Counted from the first letter of the stretch, positions 44,761 through 54,875 are shown. The stretch is 59,444 nucleotides of DNA from Verrucomicrobiales bacterium (GCA_031411295.1 JANOAV010000208.1:1-59444); one strand, 5' to 3'. The notes: generated by a model not told the origin, from the sequence alone. A program made the numbers and translations.

Positions 44761-45831
44761 CTAATTCACGGGAGTAAGTTTCGCTGGATACCGCCGCTGA
44801 GCATTCCATTCGCCCAGATAAATGGCGCCCTCGCTGTCCACGTAGAGATCGTGGCCATGGAGGAAGGTTTTAGAAGTTTGGTAGAGTGGCTGCAGTTTGC
44901 CATCGGTATAAATCGGTTCGTTGCCGCCGGGCGCGCTGATCACTTTATGAGTCGCTCGGTCCATCACGATAATGAAACCAGATTTATCCAATTTCTTGCC
45001 CGTCCCATTTTCTTTCGACCAACAGACAGCGGTGTAAATGCGATCACCTCGGAAAAAGAGTTGGCCGGCATATGCCCCGGGAAGTTCGAGTGTTTCCACG
45101 TAATCACCGGACAAGGTAAAGGCCTTGATTTGATTGGTCGAGCGTGACGGCACCCAGACCAGGGTCCGAGCCGGATTCGAGGTGTCCAAAGAGATCCCGT
45201 GGGCGTTCCGTAGATCGCTCGGTTTCCCATCGGCATGGCCACCCCATTCGCGAACAAACTCTCCCGTTAGGGTGAGTTCGTAAATCTTATCGGAAGCGTA
45301 ACCGTCCGCGATGAGGATCGTTTTCTCTGCTGTGACTGCGACATCGCACGGCATGAAGGTCTGCGGTCCCGCTTTGCCCAATCCCAGCTCTTGCGGCGTG
45401 GGCAGTTTCCGCACGATGGTGCCGTCCGTTTTGAGTATGGTCACGCGGCCATTTCCTGCCGACGGCTTCCAGCCTTCCGCTTCGAAGTGCCAACCACAAT
45501 CCACATTGATGAGGAATTCCTCGCCCTTGTCTTCAAAGATCTCCACCCCATGTCCACCTTCCAAGCCCTTGCCAAAGGCGCGGACGAAGGTGCCGTCTTT
45601 CTTGAACACGAGAAAGGCATTCTGCGGATGGTCCGTCACCACATAGATCAACCCATCTTTCCCCTCCACCATGGCATGCGCGTTGATCACCGGGGCCACC
45701 TTTGGGTCTGCTTTGGCCCAGTTTAAATCCACGGAATACTTGGCGGGGCCATGGCCCAGCACAGGATTCTCCGCCGGAGCGGAAGTCAGGGTCAGACCAA
45801 TGGTGAGGATGGATGGTAGGAAATTTCGCAT
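44761..45831 (-). CDS. Secreted NHL-repeat beta-propeller protein
   Basis: DGTFVRAFG, PCDVAV..ILIADGY, NAHGI and HGHDLYVDSEGAIYLGEWN. Start placed at MRNFL. Confidence 0.8.
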   Translation of the reverse strand: MRNFLPSILTIGLTLTSAPAENPVLGHGPAKYSVDLNWAKADPKVAPVINAHAMVEGKDGLIYVVTDHPQNAFLVFKKDGTFVRAFGKGLEGGHGVEIFEDKGEEFLINVDCGWHFEAEGWKPSAGNGRVTILKTDGTIVRKLPTPQELGLGKAGPQTFMPCDVAVTAEKTILIADGYASDKIYELTLTGEFVREWGGHADGKPSDLRNAHGISLDTSNPARTLVWVPSRSTNQIKAFTLSGDYVETLELPGAYAGQLFFRGDRIYTAVCWSKENGTGKKLDKSGFIIVMDRATHKVISAPGGNEPIYTDGKLQPLYQTSKTFLHGHDLYVDSEGAIYLGEWNAQRRYPAKLTPVN

Positions 45832-45980
45832 GTCGCGAGATAGCGGGAAATCGTCCGTTCGGCAACAGCCGTTTCGGCGGCGTGCATTGCGCATTGCGGG
45901 GATATTTTCACTTTCCCTCTGCGATGAGTGCTCCACTGTGCGCTTCCGAACCTTCCCGTTCGCTTTCCTTCCCATCTATC

Positions 45981-47291
45981 ATGCGTTCCCCTGCAACCAC
46001 CGACTCCCCTGAACTGACTCCTGAAGAGTTAGCCGCCAAAAAACTAAAGCACACGCAGCACCTGCAGATCTTCATCACCATCTTGATTGATCTGATCGGG
46101 TTTGGAATCATGATTCCGATCATCCAGCCGTTCGTGGGGAAAATCGCTGCGAATGCGGGGCTAAGCCAATACCAGACGCTGCTGGAGTCATTCATCATGG
46201 GCGTTTACAGCTTGATGCAATTTCTGTTCTCTCCGATTTTTGGACGCATTTCGGACCGGGTGGGACGTCGGCCGGTGATTCTCGCGAGCTTGATTGGATC
46301 GTTGATTGGCTACCTCATTTTGGCGGCCGCAACCTCAACGGTATTTGCCCCGATGGTCGCCTTGATCATGATCTTCCTGGCGCGCATCACCACCGGCATT
46401 TGCGGTGCCAGCGTGGCTACGGCGCAGGCGTATCTGGGAGATATTACCGCCCCAGAGAAGCGCACCGCCGTCATGGGAATGATTGGTGCAGCCTTCGGCA
46501 TCGGTTTCGTGCTCGGCCCCGTGATTGGTGGAGTGGCCAGCCACTATCTTGGCTTAATGGCGCCATTTTTGATTGCGGCTGCGCTGACGATTTTCAACTT
46601 CGTGCAATGTTATCGGAAGTTGCCCGAAAGTCTGCCTTTTGAGAAACGTGGCATCGCGCAGCATAAGCGCACCACGGTGGGGGATACTCTGCGCCATTAC
46701 TCAAGTCCACCGCTGGCCATGATCTTGCTCGCTAACTTCCTGGCAATCACTGCCTTCTCCATGATGACGACCTCATTTGTGCCATTCACGAAAGGTCAGT
46801 TCCACTTCAGCGATGACACGGTCGGCTATGTGTTCTGCTTCATCGGGCTGATCGGCGTGTTCATTCAGGGCGGCTTGATTCGCAAAGTGGCCAAGCCCGG
46901 TCGGGAACGGATGTTTGCGTTGTCAGGCATCGTGGCTATGGCGGTCGCCTTGGCCTTGATGCCGCAAGCCACGCCTTGGCTGTCCTTGCTGCTGGTGATG
47001 GCGTTGATTTCTGCGGGGAATAGTTTTGCCACTCCCACCCTCAATTCGTTAGCCTCACAATGCGGCACGGTGCAAACGCAGGGGGAGACCATGGGCGCGA
47101 TGTCCAGTGCGGGCAGTCTGGGCCGCTGCTGTGGTCCGTTGATTGCTGGTCTGACGATGTATTCCGCTGCGGAAGGGGCACGCTTTCAGCATGCCTTCTA
47201 CGTAGCCGCCGGCATCATGGGCGTGGCTGCGCTAGTGGCATTGACGATTCGTCGGCCGGTAGCGGCTAGCGCCGTTTCCGGACCTCAGTGA
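45981..47291 (+). CDS. MFS transporter, TetA/DHA1-like
   Basis: DLIGFGIMIP, motif A GRISDRVGRRPV, motif C GAAFGIGFVLGPVIGG and many TM segments. Confidence 0.92.
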   Translation: MRSPATTDSPELTPEELAAKKLKHTQHLQIFITILIDLIGFGIMIPIIQPFVGKIAANAGLSQYQTLLESFIMGVYSLMQFLFSPIFGRISDRVGRRPVILASLIGSLIGYLILAAATSTVFAPMVALIMIFLARITTGICGASVATAQAYLGDITAPEKRTAVMGMIGAAFGIGFVLGPVIGGVASHYLGLMAPFLIAAALTIFNFVQCYRKLPESLPFEKRGIAQHKRTTVGDTLRHYSSPPLAMILLANFLAITAFSMMTTSFVPFTKGQFHFSDDTVGYVFCFIGLIGVFIQGGLIRKVAKPGRERMFALSGIVAMAVALALMPQATPWLSLLLVMALISAGNSFATPTLNSLASQCGTVQTQGETMGAMSSAGSLGRCCGPLIAGLTMYSAAEGARFQHAFYVAAGIMGVAALVALTIRRPVAASAVSGPQ

Positions 47292-47309
47292 TAAACCAAG
47301 TCTCGCGTG

Positions 47310-48152
47310 ATGATATCCGAAATAACGAGACGACATTTCCTGGCCATGGCGGGCGGTCTGTCTGCCACCTCTGCCTTGGCGGAGGAAGCAAACCCTCCCG
47401 CAGTGGAATTCAAGGCACCACACCGGGTGTGGTTCCAACCCCGCTTGTTTCATCGGGACATGAGTCTCTATGCGGGCATGACGATTGATGCCAGTGGCTG
47501 GCTGGATCCCAAATTGGCGGCGCTCGCAGGGAAGACCGCGTTACGCTGGACGTATGGCACGAATCATCCTGATGCAGTCGGCCCAGAGTATTGGCGCAAG
47601 GAAATTGCAGATCAAGCTCATCGCTCACCGCATCGCTCCGGGGTTGCCTTGGACGAATGGGTTCCCTCGACGAATCCTGCCATGGAAGGTTGGGTGGCGG
47701 AGGGTTTACGGCAGGGGCGCAAGGCTGCGCCAGAGCAGTTCATTGCGGTCTGGGTCACGGATCCAACTGCGACCTTGGCGAAGTTAGTGGATGACGGCAT
47801 CGTGGATCTTGTGATCGCAGAAACTTATACCCACGCGGCTGCGCGCTACGGCCCTGATTCCTTCCTCCACTGGGAGACGGCACTCCGTCGGATGGATGCG
47901 GCTCAAGCACTGGGCATGGGGGATAAAACAATTTTCTGCTTCGGTCACATTACCTTATTACCTGATACCAAAGGCCGCAAACTCGATCTGGCACTTTTGG
48001 CCGAACGGGCGCATCAAATCAAAGAACGCTATCCCAAAGCACCGGGGATCGCCTTCTACCAAGATGATAGCACAGATGATTCGCGTGATTTCCGGAACAT
48101 GATTCGAAAATGCGATGAACTGAGCACCAAACTTTGGCCTAGCGCGTCCTAA
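47310..48152 (+). CDS. Tat-exported hypothetical protein
   Basis: Twin-arginine signal TRRHFLAMAGG..ALA; about 280 aa. Confidence 0.7.
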   Translation: MISEITRRHFLAMAGGLSATSALAEEANPPAVEFKAPHRVWFQPRLFHRDMSLYAGMTIDASGWLDPKLAALAGKTALRWTYGTNHPDAVGPEYWRKEIADQAHRSPHRSGVALDEWVPSTNPAMEGWVAEGLRQGRKAAPEQFIAVWVTDPTATLAKLVDDGIVDLVIAETYTHAAARYGPDSFLHWETALRRMDAAQALGMGDKTIFCFGHITLLPDTKGRKLDLALLAERAHQIKERYPKAPGIAFYQDDSTDDSRDFRNMIRKCDELSTKLWPSAS

Positions 48153-48396
48153 CCAACGTGCATGCGAATTGGCGCCCTCCTCACGTCCTTACAGGACCGG
48201 GAACCATCGCGCAATGTCATGAGTTATGGGTTTGGGTTTCAAGATCCGCTAGCAACTCTTTTGTCCTGCGCGCACTAGCATTGTTTTGCGGTTTAGCAAC
48301 TCCGCTGAACAATTTTCCGTCACCATGGTCGAACCAAGGTAACGCGGCAATTCCATACTGGGATTGCCTTCCAGCTATCCCTCATCTCTCCCTATC

Positions 48397-48957
48397 ATGA
48401 AAACTCTGCTGTTTCTCGTGTCCGCTCTCCTGTGCTAACTAGCATCTTTTTCCCTGCACGCAGGGAGCGAACCTATCTTTGCCGCAGGGCAAAGTTTTAA
48501 CCTGCGCATTGCCGGAGTTCCCCCAGCAGATGCGGCGGGAATGAACGGAACCTTCACCATCTCGGATGCCGGTAAACTCAAACTTCCGTTTCTGAAAAAC
48601 GAACTAACCGCTGCGGGGCTAACGCCTACTGCGCTGCAGAAACTCATCACCCAAGCCTATATTGAAGGAGAAATCTATTCTCATCCGTCCATTATGATCA
48701 ACGTCGGTCCCTTGATGGATCAGCAAGTCATCACCGTCGGAGGTGAGGTCAAGCAACCGGGCGAGGTCTCTTATCGGCCGGGAATCAATCTCTATTCCGC
48801 CATTACCAAAGCTGGTGGTTCCACCGATTTTGGCGATGTGCGGCGGATCAAACTCATCCGGGGTAAAATCGAACGCATCATCGATCTCCGCAAGATTACG
48901 GCAGAAAATAACATCCCACTGGAAGCCGGGGATCAGATCGTCGTGCCTGGAAGCTAG
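48397..48957 (+). pseudogene. Polysaccharide export/SLBB-domain protein with an in-frame TAA in its signal peptide
   Basis: ATG 48397 reads MKTLLFLVSALLC*LASFSLHAGSEP, in frame with ORF 48541..48957. Stop at 48436-48438. Motifs G.LKLPFL, VGGEVKQPG, AITKAGG and LEAGDQIVVP. Confidence 0.8.
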
Positions 48958-48967
48958 CACGCAAGCC

Positions 48968-51379
48968 CTAGCGTTTCCGCGGGCCCGAACGATTAGACGA
49001 GGGATGGCCTCCCGACTTGCCACCTCCAGACTTGCCGTCAGTGGGCCGACCGGAGACACTGGTGGCGGCACTTTGTTTGTCCGCCAAACGGAAGGCAACG
49101 CTGCCGCGCTCTTGCTCAATGAAGATCGGCACGACGTCTAGCACGCTGCCCACCGTGAGTGGTCCGCCGCCTTTGCGCTTTAAATAGCGTTCTGTGTTGG
49201 CATCGAAGTAGTATCCAGCTTCCTCCAGCGCATCTGCCCGCACGATGCCTTTGGTGAAGATTTCCGTGACCTCCACGAACAATCCCACCCGCAGTGCCTT
49301 GCTCACCATGGCTTTGAAAAGCGTTGGCTTGGGGCTCTTGATGATCTTTTGGAAATAGGCCAACTCCTTGATTTTCCGACTCTGCATTTCCGCTTCGGCG
49401 GCGGATCGTTCGGTATGGCCCAAGTGCTCTGCGAGTTCCAGCATTTTGCCGTAATCTGGAGTGGCCCCTTTGCCGCCCCATAACAATTGTCCTTGCGAGC
49501 GATGCACAATGAGGTCGGCGTAACGTCGAATGGGACTGGTGAAATGCAGGTAACTATCTTTGGCCAAGCCGTAGTGGCCCAGGCAATCGATGTGATACGC
49601 GGCCCGCTTCATGCTCTTGAGCACGGCTAGTTTCAAAACGGGGGCTTCCTCCCGGCCGTTGATCATCGCCAGCGCTTTTTGCATTTCCATGCGATTGGAG
49701 AGATCTCCGACGCGGATGCCATTAGTTAGGAGAAAGTCGCGCAGATCATTGAGTCGCTCTGCATCCGGGTCTTCGTGGATGCGGAAAATAGCGGGTCGCT
49801 GGGCGCGGCGGAGTTGTTCGGCCACGGCTTCGTTTGCCTCCAGCATGAACTCTTCGATCATTTGGTGGCTCTCGTCATGTTCCACGCGACGCAATTCAAT
49901 GGGCACGCCCATGTCATCCAACACGACCTTCACTTCCGGGAAATCCAAGTCGAGCGAACCTTGCTTGAAACGACGTTTCCGCAGCCGGGAGCCCAGGGCC
50001 CAGGCCTTGGCTGGCAATGGTGCATCCGCCTCTTTACAAGCCCGATCCGGGTCTGCCAGGTAAGGTTTCATCACGACGAACGCCTCTTCGTAACTGTAGC
50101 GTTTACTGCTGCAAATGACGGCCTTGCAGAAGCGGGCACCGGTGCGCACGCCGTCTTTGTTGTAGGTTAGGACAGCGCACCGCGTCAGGCGATCCTCGTT
50201 AGGTCGCAGACTGCAGACCCCGTTGCTAAGGCGCTCGGGCAACATGGGAATGACGCGGTCGGCTAGATAAACGCTGTTGCCACGAATCCGGGCCTCCTTG
50301 TCCAAGGCGCTGCCGGGCGTGACGTAATGGGACACATCGGCAATATGCACCCCGAGTTCCCATCCACCATCCGGCAGCCGCTTCAAGGCAATGGCGTCAT
50401 CGAAGTCTTTGGCATCAAAGGGGTCAATGGTGATGACCTCCACTTTGCGCCAATCCTCGCGATCCTTCATCGCGGACTCGGGCACGATCGGCGGCACGGC
50501 TTCGGCTTCTGCGATCACGGCCTCGGGGAAATCCTGCGGCAGCCGGAATTGATAGATGATGCTCATCATGTCCTGGCCAGCGGCATTGGCTGGTCCTAAC
50601 GTGCGGATCAAATTTCCCCTAACCCCCGAGCGACCCGGCTTCGGCCATTCAGTGACTTCAACCACCACCTTGTCTCCCACGTTGGGACGGAGTTCCTGGT
50701 TCTCCGTCGGGATTAGGGCGATCTTTTCCCCGCAAGCGGGATCGTCCGGCGTGACCCAATATCCTTTGGCAGAACCTTTGAGGGTGCCAACCACGCTTTG
50801 CGGGTGGCGTTCGAGCACTTTGGTGACGCGCGCGGCAAAGGCAGGTTCACCGCTGGAGCGCATTGATTCCATGAGCTTACGTTTCTCTGCCACATGTTTC
50901 CACCAAGCCTCTGGCTGTTCGGTATAAATCTCCGCCAGCACCGTATCGCCATGCCAAGCGGTGCCGAGTTGGCTTTCCGGGATGGCGATGGGGGAGGTGC
51001 GCTTGAGGCCCAAGGCTGCTGCTGCGGCTGCCTCTGTCGGGTCTTTAAAGTCCGGGAGAAATTTCCCGTGGCCGTTGCGCAGGATGTGCACCACGCCTTT
51101 GAGCCCGCTGGCCTTGCCGCCACTGCGGGGGGAATCGGGTTGCCGCCAGCGATATTTGCCCCGCTGGCCGTAAATGATCAGCCCTTCGGCCTCCATCTGC
51201 ATGAGCGTTTTGCGCAGGAGTTGGCGCGCCTCTACGGGGAGGTGAAGTTGTTTGGAAAAGCCTACCTTGTCGAGCGGCTGGTAACGTGGGTCCTGCAGGA
51301 TGCGGGAGAGGTCGCGACGCAGTTGTTGCGCGTCTGGCAGACCATCGGGAGCGAAAAAATCCGGGTTTTTTGGTTTCAT
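48968..51379 (-). CDS. rnr: Ribonuclease R (RNB family)
   Basis: TIDPFDAKDFDDA, VHIADVSHYV, RGNSVY, IEEFML.AN, HFTSPIRRYADL and a C-terminal S1 domain. Confidence 0.95.
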   Translation of the reverse strand: MKPKNPDFFAPDGLPDAQQLRRDLSRILQDPRYQPLDKVGFSKQLHLPVEARQLLRKTLMQMEAEGLIIYGQRGKYRWRQPDSPRSGGKASGLKGVVHILRNGHGKFLPDFKDPTEAAAAAALGLKRTSPIAIPESQLGTAWHGDTVLAEIYTEQPEAWWKHVAEKRKLMESMRSSGEPAFAARVTKVLERHPQSVVGTLKGSAKGYWVTPDDPACGEKIALIPTENQELRPNVGDKVVVEVTEWPKPGRSGVRGNLIRTLGPANAAGQDMMSIIYQFRLPQDFPEAVIAEAEAVPPIVPESAMKDREDWRKVEVITIDPFDAKDFDDAIALKRLPDGGWELGVHIADVSHYVTPGSALDKEARIRGNSVYLADRVIPMLPERLSNGVCSLRPNEDRLTRCAVLTYNKDGVRTGARFCKAVICSSKRYSYEEAFVVMKPYLADPDRACKEADAPLPAKAWALGSRLRKRRFKQGSLDLDFPEVKVVLDDMGVPIELRRVEHDESHQMIEEFMLEANEAVAEQLRRAQRPAIFRIHEDPDAERLNDLRDFLLTNGIRVGDLSNRMEMQKALAMINGREEAPVLKLAVLKSMKRAAYHIDCLGHYGLAKDSYLHFTSPIRRYADLIVHRSQGQLLWGGKGATPDYGKMLELAEHLGHTERSAAEAEMQSRKIKELAYFQKIIKSPKPTLFKAMVSKALRVGLFVEVTEIFTKGIVRADALEEAGYYFDANTERYLKRKGGGPLTVGSVLDVVPIFIEQERGSVAFRLADKQSAATSVSGRPTDGKSGGGKSGGHPSSNRSGPRKR

Positions 51380-51533
51380 CTAGGTAAAATCCCTAATTAA
51401 TTTAGGGAAAAGTATCATTTTGTATTTACAACATACAGCCTTTTGAGTAATATGCGCTGTGGAAAGAATAATTTTTTCCTTGTCATCGCCCCGACAAGTT
51501 TAATAAGCAACCTCCCAAACCAGAAAACAAGCC

Positions 51534-52154
51534 ATGAAACTTACTCCACTATCCAAAATGACCGGCCGCGCCAACGCTGGTTTCACCCTCATCGAACTTC
51601 TCGTCGTGGTTTCCATCATCGCGTTACTCGCAGGTGGATCCGTTGCGGCCTATGGGAAAGTGATGAACCTCGTCAAAAAGAACGCCTCGCAAAAAATCTG
51701 TGTGGAGGTTGCCTCTGCGGTATCCTCCTACTTCGCGGACTATGAGCGATTCCCTACCTCCAGCACCTCCACCGGAGCGGACATTATGATTGATGATACG
51801 TCATCCGACGGTGAATTCCTGGGCATCCTGAATGCCTCGGGCGAAACCCAATACAACCCCCGCCACCTGAAATATATCGAAGGGATGCAACAAGCCAAAT
51901 TCACTAACGGGCAATGGGTCAACGGCATTAATTTTGAAGATAACCCCGATGCCCCAACCTTGACCGATCCGTGGGGTAAGGGTTACAAGGTGGTGATGGA
52001 CGGAGACTTTGATGGGAAGATGGAGAATCCTGAACTCGGTGGCAGCGGGACTGCGAATCCACCCCAAACCATCCGGGGCAAGAAATGCTTGGTTTATGGT
52101 GCCGGTCCAGATGGAAACTACGATACTTGGTCTGACAATCCCAAGTCCTGGTAA
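51534..52154 (+). CDS. Type IV pilin / type II secretion pseudopilin-like protein
   Basis: Class III signal ..RANAG|FTLIELLVVVSIIALLAG, DPWG motif, C-terminal GAGPDG..DNPKSW. Confidence 0.92.
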   Translation: MKLTPLSKMTGRANAGFTLIELLVVVSIIALLAGGSVAAYGKVMNLVKKNASQKICVEVASAVSSYFADYERFPTSSTSTGADIMIDDTSSDGEFLGILNASGETQYNPRHLKYIEGMQQAKFTNGQWVNGINFEDNPDAPTLTDPWGKGYKVVMDGDFDGKMENPELGGSGTANPPQTIRGKKCLVYGAGPDGNYDTWSDNPKSW

Positions 52155-52186
52155 CCTCCAGCCAACCTTCCGGGAGACAACAAGCC

Positions 52187-52798
52187 ATGAGCGAGATGAC
52201 TCCCGAATCACCCCATCCTGAGAGATCAGCTGCCTTGTGGAGCTGTGGAGTGGTGGTGGTTGCGTTGATGGCATTGGGTGCTTTCGGTTATCTGAAAATC
52301 CGCCAGATCATAGGCACAAGCTTCGCCAAAAATAACAGCCAAAAATTGTGTAGCGAGATCGCCTCCGCTGCGAGCAGCTTCTTTGCCGATTACGAGCACC
52401 TCCCGCCGCCAGCTAAGATTCAAGCCACCCCAGACACCGAGTTCCTCTCGGACTTTTCATCGGATTTTGTCGTCGTGTTAGCGGCCAGAGGCCCATTGGT
52501 GATGAATCCCCGGCGGATCAATTATTTCGATGGAATGCCGGCAGCCCAGTCGGTAGCCGGAAAGCTCAGTGGGGGCATCAATTTTGGCCGTGGCAGTGCG
52601 GAGATCCTCGACAGCTGGGGGCGGCCATACCGAGTCGTGCTCGACGCAAACTATGACGGTGAAATCGATAATCCGGAATTGAAAGGCACGGGATCAGTAA
52701 GTCCGCCGCCCAAACTCCGAGGCAAGAAATGCGTGGTTTATTCTGCCGGCCCGGATGGCGATTACACAACTTGGGACGACAACCCCAAATCCTGGTGA
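52187..52798 (+). CDS. Pilin-head paralog lacking the prepilin cleavage motif
   Basis: Shares KNNSQKLC.EIASA.SSFFADYE, NPR, GINF, DSWG and GKKC..YSAGPDG..DNPKSW with 51534..52154. N-terminus is a plain TM helix. Confidence 0.8.
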   Translation: MSEMTPESPHPERSAALWSCGVVVVALMALGAFGYLKIRQIIGTSFAKNNSQKLCSEIASAASSFFADYEHLPPPAKIQATPDTEFLSDFSSDFVVVLAARGPLVMNPRRINYFDGMPAAQSVAGKLSGGINFGRGSAEILDSWGRPYRVVLDANYDGEIDNPELKGTGSVSPPPKLRGKKCVVYSAGPDGDYTTWDDNPKSW

Positions 52799-52868
52799 GT
52801 GGGAGTTCCGCTGCAAGGCGGTCTTCCCCTTCGCAAACACCTAGCTAACATTTACCCTAGAACCAATT

Positions 52869-53453
52869 ATGGAACCAACATCGCTAAGACATGAGAGACG
52901 CCAGAGGGTGATCTTCTGGGTGGTATTACTGGGGGTGTTTGGAGGGTTTATGATGTCGCAGTTCTCCGAAAGGAGCAGATTCATCCTGGTCAAAAAGAAC
53001 GCTTCGCAGAAGATTTGCGTAGAAGTTGCCTCCGCGGTGTCTAGTTACTTCGCTGACTATGAGCGATTCCCAATTGCCAAAGTCGCTGCCGGAGTGGAAG
53101 TGATGATCGACACCGCAACGGACGGTGAATTCCTTGGCATCCTGAATGCCTCGGGCGAGACGCAATACAATCCCCGTCACCTGAAATATATCGACGGGAT
53201 GCAGCAAGCCAAATTCACCAACGGGCAATGGGTCAACGGGATTAATTTCGAAGATAACCCAGAGGCCCCAACCTTGACCGATCCCTGGGGTAAGGGCTAC
53301 AAAGTGGTGCTAGACGCAGATGCCAATGGCGAGATCGCTAACCCCGAACAAAATGCGACCAATCCCAAAATTCTTGGCAAGAAATGCCTGGTTTACGGAG
53401 CCGGAGCCGATGGCGATTACACAACCTGGGCCGATAACCCAAAGTCCTGGTGA
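52869..53453 (+). CDS. Second pilin-head paralog lacking the prepilin cleavage motif
   Basis: Long blocks identical to the first pilin (LVKKNASQKICVEVASAVSSYFADYERFP; DGEFLGILNASGETQYNPRHLKYI). N-terminus is RHERRQR plus a TM helix. Confidence 0.85.
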   Translation: MEPTSLRHERRQRVIFWVVLLGVFGGFMMSQFSERSRFILVKKNASQKICVEVASAVSSYFADYERFPIAKVAAGVEVMIDTATDGEFLGILNASGETQYNPRHLKYIDGMQQAKFTNGQWVNGINFEDNPEAPTLTDPWGKGYKVVLDADANGEIANPEQNATNPKILGKKCLVYGAGADGDYTTWADNPKSW

Positions 53454-53459
53454 TCCGCC

Positions 53460-53481
53460 GTAGTCCGGGGCTTCAGCCCGT
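53460..53481 (+). repeat. GTAG-type REP-like element
   Basis: GTAGTCCGGGGCTTCAGCCCG. The GCTTCAG core recurs at 40471, 54844-54872 (minus) and 5017-5027 (minus). Confidence 0.55.
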
Positions 53482-53577
53482 CAAACCCTCCCCGTGAATC
53501 AGACGCCTGAATCAGCTTGAGACATTTCTGCGGGTTTCAGTCGATCATTGTTCGATCTCCGACGCCATTTCCTGAGC

Positions 53578-54756
53578 TTATCGCCCGCGTCCCTTCGTGC
53601 CACGGTCTGGCTTGGCATTACCGGAACCCTTGCCGTAACGCCCGCCTGCGGAAGGCTTGGTAGGACGCGATTTATCCGCAGTGGACTTGGAGGTTCTGCT
53701 CGGGCGGTCGGGTCTGCGCGTAGGTCCTTCGGGCCGCTCCGAGCGGAAAGAGTTTCCTTCTGCAGCGGTTCCAGGGCGCTTGGCGAATCCCGCCCGCGTC
53801 GGACCTGCCGGGCGGCTTGAGGCACCGGGCCGGGCTGCTTTCCGGGCGGAAAACTTGTCGGCCTTTCTGCTGTCCTCGAAGGACGTGGGGACCGTCATCG
53901 GGCGAGGGCTGCCAAATGGGCGTTCGGGCCGGGCAGCTTTCTTCGCGACCTTGGCGGCAAATGGTTTGACGGGCGCGATGCGTTTGCCCTTGGGCGCGGC
54001 TGGTTTGGCTCCGTCATGCGTGGGATAGGCCGCTGGCTTCTTTTTGCCGGACTGCCCACTGCCTTGATGGAGTTTAACGAAATCCGGCTCATGAAGATGG
54101 CGGAATTTCCCCGGCTTCAGTTGGCCGATATCCAGCCCGCCGATCCGAATCCGGACCAGTCTAACTACTTCATAATTCAAAAGTTCAAACATCCGACGGA
54201 TTTGTCGGTTCAGCCCTTGGTGCAGCACCACTGATAAGTGCCGGGGGGTGATAATGTCCACCTTGTCAGCCTTCGCCAAACCTTCCTCCAGCATCATTCC
54301 AGCCTTCAGGGCGGCCGTGTCCTCATGACGGAAAGAGCGATTCAAAATCACCCAGTATTCCTTCTCCGTAGCATGGCTGGGGTGGGTGAGGAGTTGGGTC
54401 AGATCGCCATCATTCGTCAACAGGAGCAGGCCTTCGCTCTCACTGTCCAGACGGCCGACATAATGTAAATTCTGCAACGGTGGCGGCAGTAAATCGTAGA
54501 TCGTAGGGCGTTTCTTGGGATCGTTCTTCGTGCAGAGCACACCCGGTGGCTTGTGCAGCAGCACGGTGGCGGTGGCCTCGGGTTTCACTTCCTTGCCCTG
54601 AAACATCACCAGATCCGATTTTGCCACCGTCGTGGCCAGTTCTTTGACCTGTTGCCGATTAATCGTGACTTTTCCTTCCGTGATCCATTGCTCACATTGG
54701 CGGCGGCTGCCCAAGCCGCAGGCGGCAAGGAATCGGTTGAGGCGCATGGGTTTCAT
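53578..54756 (-). CDS. rluB: RsuA/RluB-family pseudouridine synthase with basic low-complexity tail
   Basis: S4 domain RLNRFLAACGLGSRR, HKPPG, VGRLD..SEGLLLLTNDG, KEY and GLNRQIRRM. The family is secure; the specific symbol is less so. Confidence 0.85.
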   Translation of the reverse strand: MKPMRLNRFLAACGLGSRRQCEQWITEGKVTINRQQVKELATTVAKSDLVMFQGKEVKPEATATVLLHKPPGVLCTKNDPKKRPTIYDLLPPPLQNLHYVGRLDSESEGLLLLTNDGDLTQLLTHPSHATEKEYWVILNRSFRHEDTAALKAGMMLEEGLAKADKVDIITPRHLSVVLHQGLNRQIRRMFELLNYEVVRLVRIRIGGLDIGQLKPGKFRHLHEPDFVKLHQGSGQSGKKKPAAYPTHDGAKPAAPKGKRIAPVKPFAAKVAKKAARPERPFGSPRPMTVPTSFEDSRKADKFSARKAARPGASSRPAGPTRAGFAKRPGTAAEGNSFRSERPEGPTRRPDRPSRTSKSTADKSRPTKPSAGGRYGKGSGNAKPDRGTKGRGR

Positions 54757-54843
54757 AAGCAGGGGAACGGGAAAAATAACGTGGAGTCGAAAAGCAGACG
54801 GCTGAGCGATGCTACCACCGCTCAGCCGAATATAAATTGCCAG

Positions 54844-54872
54844 GTGGTTACAGGCCTGAAGCCCATAACTAC
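54844..54872 (-). repeat. GTAG-type REP-like hairpin
   Basis: Minus strand GTAGTTATGGGCTTCAGGCCTGTAACCAC, just after the stop of the small basic protein. Confidence 0.55.
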
Positions 54873-54875
54873 TTT

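Noticed and set aside
45981..47291. Tetracycline resistance gene tetA
   Set aside because: Only family-level motifs are present, with no tetR or mobile context. The substrate cannot be assigned.
344..48438. Stop-codon reassignment suggested by three in-frame stops (TAG 344, TAA 18991, TAA 48436)
   Set aside because: TAA, TAG and TGA all end conserved genes at the expected positions (rplN TAA, map TAG, rplO TGA). Isolated nonsense changes or base errors are sufficient.
51534..53453. Diversity-generating retroelement acting on the pilin paralogs
   Set aside because: There is no reverse transcriptase in the window, and differences between copies are mostly synonymous third-position changes, not adenine-specific.
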